From Candidatus Poseidoniia archaeon (GTDB lineage Archaea; Thermoplasmatota; Poseidoniia; MGIII; CG-Epi1), in NCBI GenBank assembly GCA_030754655.1, contig JASLZX010000004.1, positions 30,095-94,094 on the forward strand: a stretch of 64,000 nucleotides of DNA, given 5' to 3'. Position numbers and translations under genes: made by a program. The notes beneath the pieces were generated by a model. The model saw nothing but the letters and a program-made list of their open reading frames with translations, was not told where the DNA came from and searched no databases. Positions 59,626 to 64,000 of the stretch are shown piece by piece. Position 1 is the first letter of the stretch. The number at the start of each line of letters is the position of its first letter.

Positions 59626-60551
59626 TGCTCGCCTCCTACCAGCTTTTCGTAGAGCGCTTCGAGGTCCTCGCCGGGCGAGTCGATAGCGTGAATCGCAATC
59701 TTCGCCTTGCGCAGCAGCGGCGGCAGCGCACGGTGGAACGTTTCGGCGTCGGTCGTATCGACCTCGACCCAGTCGCGCTGTAGCGAGACTCCTTCGACCG
59801 ACGGCTGCTCGAGCAGCAGCCGCGCCAGTTGCGGCCGCTGTCCCGCATCGGCAGGAGTAAGCCGCACCTTCTGCCGCACGTGTGGCATCAGCTTCTGGAT
59901 GGCGTGGCGGTCGCCGACGGCGAGCACCTGCCCGCCCGAGAGGAAGACGATGCGGTCGGTCAGCGCCTCGACGTCGTGCAGGATGTGGCTCGAGAGCAGG
60001 ATGGTGCGCCCCGCGTTAGCCCAGCTCCGGATGAGTTCCATCAACAGCCGCCGCGTCGTCGGGTCGGTGCCCTGAAACGGCTCGTCCAGCACCAGCAGGT
60101 TGGGGTCGTGCGCAATCGCCCGTGCGAACTTGGCCTTCTGCCGCATCCCGCGCGAGTAGGTGCGGATGCGCCGCTCCATCGCGTCGCCGAGGCCGACGTC
60201 ATCAAGCAGCGCCGCGGCGCGCTCGCCCGCTTCATCCGGGGCGACACCCTGCAGTTGCAGGAAGTGCGCGACGTATTCGCGGGCAGTCATGTGGTCGTAG
60301 AAGCAGTCGTATTCCGGGACGAAGCCGAAACGGCTGCGCAGCTCCCAGTCGCTGGCCGGATCGCGGCCGTCGATGCGGACGCGTCCCAGCGATGGCCGTG
60401 CCAGCCCCAGCACCAGCTTCATCAGCGTGCTCTTGCCGGCGCCGTTGGGGCCGAGGATGCCGGTGATGCCCGGGCCGAGCTCGAGCGAGACGTTGGAAAC
60501 CCCCTGCACCAGCCCGTAGTTTCGCGTCGCGGCCTCGAGGACGATGCTCAA
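59613..60551 (-). CDS. ABC transporter ATP-binding protein (ABC-2/DrrA-like)
   Basis: Walker A GPNGAGKST, signature YSRGMRQK and Walker B LVLDEPFQGTD. Confidence 0.85.
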   Translation of the reverse strand: MSIVLEAATRNYGLVQGVSNVSLELGPGITGILGPNGAGKSTLMKLVLGLARPSLGRVRIDGRDPASDWELRSRFGFVPEYDCFYDHMTAREYVAHFLQLQGVAPDEAGERAAALLDDVGLGDAMERRIRTYSRGMRQKAKFARAIAHDPNLLVLDEPFQGTDPTTRRLLMELIRSWANAGRTILLSSHILHDVEALTDRIVFLSGGQVLAVGDRHAIQKLMPHVRQKVRLTPADAGQRPQLARLLLEQPSVEGVSLQRDWVEVDTTDAETFHRALPPLLRKAKIAIHAIDSPGEDLEALYEKLVGGEQWKA

Positions 60552-61417
60552 TGGGTCACCTCAAGCCGTTGCAGCCGCAGCGTGACCGCCGAGGCGGTCG
60601 CTGCCCAGATTGCCGCCAGCAGCAGCAGTGGCGTGCGCCAGCCGAGGTCAATCCGGAAGAAAAATCCGTAGACTGTGACCCACTGCGGTGCCTCGAACAT
60701 CTCGTGACCTACCATGTCAAGCAGATGCAACACCGAGAATAGCAGGATGCGCTCGTCCTGCACCAGTCCATAGCCAGTCTCGACAAGGAACGACGGGAAA
60801 TAGACGGCGAGGAAGAAGCCGACCGCAGCGTAACCGCTGCGACCGGTCAGCGCCGAGCACGCCAGCGCCAGCAGCGAGAAGGTAATCGAGACCAGTAGCC
60901 CGTAACCGACCGTTGCCAGTAGCATCCAGCGATGGTCGCCGAACCATCCCAGCGCGTAGCCGGAGTCGGTCCACTGCGCCAGCGCCAGGTAGAGGTTGGG
61001 CGCCAGTGCCGCCAACAGGAAGAGCAGCAGCAGCGTCAGCAGCCGCGCCAGCAGGTAGTCGACGCGGGTCAGCGGCCGCGCTAGGTAGAGGTGAATGGAC
61101 TGGTCGCCGAGGTCGCGCGAAACCAGCTGGCTGCCGGTGATGGCGGCGAGCAGCACCAGCTGGATGCGGATGCCACCGCCCGTCAGGTCACCGTAGAGTC
61201 GCAGGTGAATTTCCTGCGGCGTGAATAACCCCTGTGGCATCACTATCAGCGCAATCAGCAAGGTCTGCGCCCACGCGAGGCCAATCACCAGTAGCACCCA
61301 GCGGTTTCGCACCAGTCGCTCGAACTCGCGCCAGCCCATACCCCAGACAATGGTGCGCCGGTCGGCCAACGCAGCAGTGTAGCGGCGGTAGCGCTCCATC
61401 ACGCGCGCCTCGCTCAC
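60548..61417 (-). CDS. ABC-2 type transporter permease
   Basis: 289-aa polytopic membrane protein, translationally coupled to the ATPase genes on either side. Confidence 0.65.
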   Translation of the reverse strand: MSEARVMERYRRYTAALADRRTIVWGMGWREFERLVRNRWVLLVIGLAWAQTLLIALIVMPQGLFTPQEIHLRLYGDLTGGGIRIQLVLLAAITGSQLVSRDLGDQSIHLYLARPLTRVDYLLARLLTLLLLFLLAALAPNLYLALAQWTDSGYALGWFGDHRWMLLATVGYGLLVSITFSLLALACSALTGRSGYAAVGFFLAVYFPSFLVETGYGLVQDERILLFSVLHLLDMVGHEMFEAPQWVTVYGFFFRIDLGWRTPLLLLAAIWAATASAVTLRLQRLEVTH

Positions 61418-62313
61418 TTGACCACCTCGAGGTAAAGGTCCTCAAGCGCCCGCGTCGCGCGCTCCATCTGCAGCAGCGGTGCGCCACTCTCCCCCGCGGC
61501 AGCCAGAATGGCGTCGAAGGTCTCGTCGCCGCGGAAGCCGACGCGCAGCGCCGGGCCGTGCTCCTGCCACTCCAGCTTGCGCTTGTCGAGGGCGGCGCAG
61601 AAGGCGGCGCGCGGTTCGCCGACACGTACCTCGACCCAGTCTTCGAGCCGGGCGAGCAGCGACTCGACTTGCTCTACCATCTGGAGGCGGCCCTGCGAGA
61701 CGATGATGACATGGTCGCAAACCTGCTCGACGTCGTGCAGGATGTGGGTCGAGAGCAGCACGTTGGAGTGCCCCAGCTCGGTCAGCGTGCGAATCGTGCG
61801 CAGCATCTCGCGCCGCGCCTGCGGGTCCAAGCCGGATGTGGGCTCGTCTAGGATAACCAGCTCGGGGCCGTGCACAAGGCCCTGCGCCAGCTTCACCTTC
61901 TGCCGCATCCCGCCGCTGTATTCCGAGATGGGACGATATTTCTCCTCGCCCATGCGCAGGTGGTTGAGCACTTCGTGCGTGCGCTGGATGGCCGCCTGCC
62001 GAGCCATACCGGAAACCTGCGCCATCTCGACCACGAACTCAACGCCGGTAAGCCGGTCGGGGAGGCAGTCGTGCTCCGGCATGTAGCCGATACGCTTCCG
62101 CAATTCGGGACCGGCGGTGGCGACGTTCTCGCCCAGCACCGTGACCGAGCCACCGCTCGGCGCGAAGATGCCGAGTGCCAGCTTGATGAATGTCGATTTC
62201 CCGGCGCCGTTCGGCCCGAGCAGCCCAACGCGGCCTTCGGGGACCTTGACCGAGAGGCCGGCCAGCGCGGTCACCGCGCCGAACTGCTTGACAAGCCTGC
62301 GCGCCTCAATCAC
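61414..62313 (-). CDS. ABC transporter ATP-binding protein (ABC-2/DrrA-like)
   Basis: Walker A GPNGAGKST, signature YSGGMRQK and Walker B VILDEPTSGLD. Confidence 0.85.
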   Translation of the reverse strand: MIEARRLVKQFGAVTALAGLSVKVPEGRVGLLGPNGAGKSTFIKLALGIFAPSGGSVTVLGENVATAGPELRKRIGYMPEHDCLPDRLTGVEFVVEMAQVSGMARQAAIQRTHEVLNHLRMGEEKYRPISEYSGGMRQKVKLAQGLVHGPELVILDEPTSGLDPQARREMLRTIRTLTELGHSNVLLSTHILHDVEQVCDHVIIVSQGRLQMVEQVESLLARLEDWVEVRVGEPRAAFCAALDKRKLEWQEHGPALRVGFRGDETFDAILAAAGESGAPLLQMERATRALEDLYLEVVK

Positions 62314-62342
62314 GGTCGCTCACCAAGCGGGGGGATATTGAA

Positions 62343-64000
62343 CTAACGCAGCGTCGCCTCGACCGCTTGCGCGACCGCAGCCGCCAGCGAGTCACACTCG
62401 CCCAGCAGCGTCTCGAGCGCCACACAGGTCTCGCGGCAGAACGCCTCATCGGGGATTTCCTTCAGGTTGATGCGCACGTTGTAGCCTGCGGCGCGGGCGC
62501 CAGCGTGCGCCAGCAGCGCCCCGGAGCCGACGTCGCTCGCCATCGCGGCGTCCATCAGCGGCGCCATCTCGCCGCAGACCGCGAGCGCGTCGCGGCACTG
62601 CCCGACGGTCGCCAGCGGCACAGCCGTCGCGGCGCGGTAGCCGGCCTCGAGCGCAGCGTCGCGCGTAGCGCGCTGCTCGTCGCTATCCTTGGGCATGCGC
62701 ATCGCCGCAATTACGCCATCGAAGGCGCTGGTGTCTGCGTCGACGCCCGCGACGAGCGCCTCTTTCACCGCTTGCCCGCGCTCGGCGATGCCGGCCAGCG
62801 CATCGTAGTTCGCCGCCTGCGTCCCTTTCGTGGCGGAAAGGTTGGCGACCATCGTCCCGAGCGCAGCGCCCAGCGCGCCGGCAAGCGCCGCGACCGAGCC
62901 GCCGCCGGGGGCGGGCGAGTCGCGCGAAACCTCGTCGACGAAGTCGTAGGTGACGCGGTTGACCAGCTCGCCTTCCTGCTTCGGCATCCCCAGCACCTTG
63001 CTGGCGGGGTTAAAATCAGCGACGTCGCGCAGGCCGAGCGACTGGATTGCCGCCGCGGCAAGGTCGGGAACCGGCAACCCGGGCGATTTTCCCATCCGCC
63101 GCAGGTAGTGGACCGCGGCCTGCCGCAGCACCTCCCACGGTACCAGACCCACGATTTCGGAACCGGTGACGCGGATGCCGCGCTTTCGCGCCTCTTCGCA
63201 GGCGGCGTCGAAGACCTCGTGTAGCGGCGTGGTGCGGAAGTTCGTGACGTTGAAGCTAAGCTGCGCGCAGCCGTATTCGGGGATTTCCCAGCCGATGCCC
63301 TTCAGGTTCGTGAAGCGACCGTCTTTGTAGACCGGCTTGCCGACCAGCGCGCGGGGGTCGAGCCCGCGCGCGCGATACGCCGCCGCCAAGTCGCCACCGT
63401 GCGTTTCGGCATGGTGCGCCGCGAGCGCGTCGAAGTCGACGCCCGCGAAGTCGCAGTTACCGCACGGGAACTCCCCGTCGGCGAAATGGACGATGTCGCC
63501 CTTGTAGTAGAACGCGTCGGGCGACCCGCTGCGCTTCCAGCGGCCGCGCTCGCGCAGCTCGTAGGCGAGCTCGTTGGCGTAGGTGCGGTCGCGCGTGTTC
63601 AGGTTGATGTTCCACGCAATCAGGAACTCACGTGCCCCGACCGCGGTCGCACCACTGCGTGCGTTGAACTCTGCCGGCCCGGCGTCGGGCGCCCCTCCTC
63701 CGAGCCGCTCCGCAAGGCCTTCGTATTCCCCGGCGCGGACCCGCGCCAGGTTGCGGAACTCCGGCGACCGCGCTGCCTCCTCGTAGAACCAGACTGGAAT
63801 ACCGAGTTCGCTGCCGATGCGCTCGCCGGTCGTGTGCGCAATAGCGACGCAGTCGTCCATGTTCACTCCGCTGACCGGCACGAACGGCAGCACGTCGGTG
63901 GCGCCCATGCGGGGGTGCGCACCGGCGTGCGCGCGCATGTCGATGAGTTCGGCCGCGCGGGCGACGCCGGCGAACGCCGCGTCGCCCACGACATCGGGCG
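62343..64000 (-). CDS. Glutamate formimidoyltransferase / formimidoyltetrahydrofolate cyclodeaminase (FTCD-like bifunctional); 5' end outside the window
   Basis: A formiminotransferase domain is followed by a cyclodeaminase helical domain (SAFDGVIAAMRMPKDSDEQ). The frame is open to the window edge. Confidence 0.8.
   Translation of the reverse strand, partial: PDVVGDAAFAGVARAAELIDMRAHAGAHPRMGATDVLPFVPVSGVNMDDCVAIAHTTGERIGSELGIPVWFYEEAARSPEFRNLARVRAGEYEGLAERLGGGAPDAGPAEFNARSGATAVGAREFLIAWNINLNTRDRTYANELAYELRERGRWKRSGSPDAFYYKGDIVHFADGEFPCGNCDFAGVDFDALAAHHAETHGGDLAAAYRARGLDPRALVGKPVYKDGRFTNLKGIGWEIPEYGCAQLSFNVTNFRTTPLHEVFDAACEEARKRGIRVTGSEIVGLVPWEVLRQAAVHYLRRMGKSPGLPVPDLAAAAIQSLGLRDVADFNPASKVLGMPKQEGELVNRVTYDFVDEVSRDSPAPGGGSVAALAGALGAALGTMVANLSATKGTQAANYDALAGIAERGQAVKEALVAGVDADTSAFDGVIAAMRMPKDSDEQRATRDAALEAGYRAATAVPLATVGQCRDALAVCGEMAPLMDAAMASDVGSGALLAHAGARAAGYNVRINLKEIPDEAFCRETCVALETLLGECDSLAAAVAQAVEATLR

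Overview
This 64-kb window is very gene-dense, about 65% GC, and coded on both strands. The content points to an archaeon, probably a marine euryarchaeote or Thermoplasmatota-like lineage. Evidence for that includes an archaeal/eukaryal-type TrpRS, the archaeal DUF35-thiolase-HMG-CoA-synthase mevalonate trio, pyruvoyl-dependent arginine decarboxylase, an A24 preflagellin-type peptidase, TATA-box promoters with leaderless starts, and a PGF-CTERM sorting signal. Recognisable modules from start to end are as follows. The 3' end of trpS is followed by a tightly coupled lipA-E1alpha-E1beta-E2-E3-lipB 2-oxoacid dehydrogenase and lipoylation operon. A GXGXG+FMN glutamate-synthase-like protein sits beside GGPP synthase and type-1 IPP isomerase. 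Next come an ALDH7 (antiquitin)-type dehydrogenase and two low-GC islets carrying small orphan genes. After an A24 peptidase, a Nudix hydrolase and two M20 peptidases there is a six-gene minus-strand cluster of extracytoplasmic thiol-disulfide and copper-handling proteins. These are a Trx-CcdA fusion, two paralogous secreted Trx-fold CxxC proteins, two His-rich exported proteins and SCO1 with an acidic His repeat. The window then carries an LVIVD propeller, cyclophilin, a TPMT-like methyltransferase and the mevalonate cluster with an HTH regulator. After that come pdaD, a PQQ-propeller/double-zinc-ribbon protein, an acyl-CoA ligase, a subtilisin and ogt. A peptide ABC importer follows, with a PKD-decorated lipoprotein SBP and a fused DppBC permease. 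That permease carries an inserted membrane module paralogous to a standalone zinc-ribbon gene found elsewhere in the window. tRNA-Ala(UGC) is followed by a GT39-like glycosyltransferase, a nitroreductase, an MFS transporter and a Rieske oxygenase interrupted by one in-frame TAA. A lower-GC block then encodes a Cys-repeat PGF-CTERM surface protein. The window ends with dnaJ, two tandem ABC-2 exporters and a 5'-truncated formimidoyltransferase-cyclodeaminase. Many long ORFs in the supplied track are antisense or N-terminal-extension artefacts of the high GC; coordinates were trimmed to plausible starts where the sequence allowed. No CRISPR array, rRNA or obvious transposase was seen.
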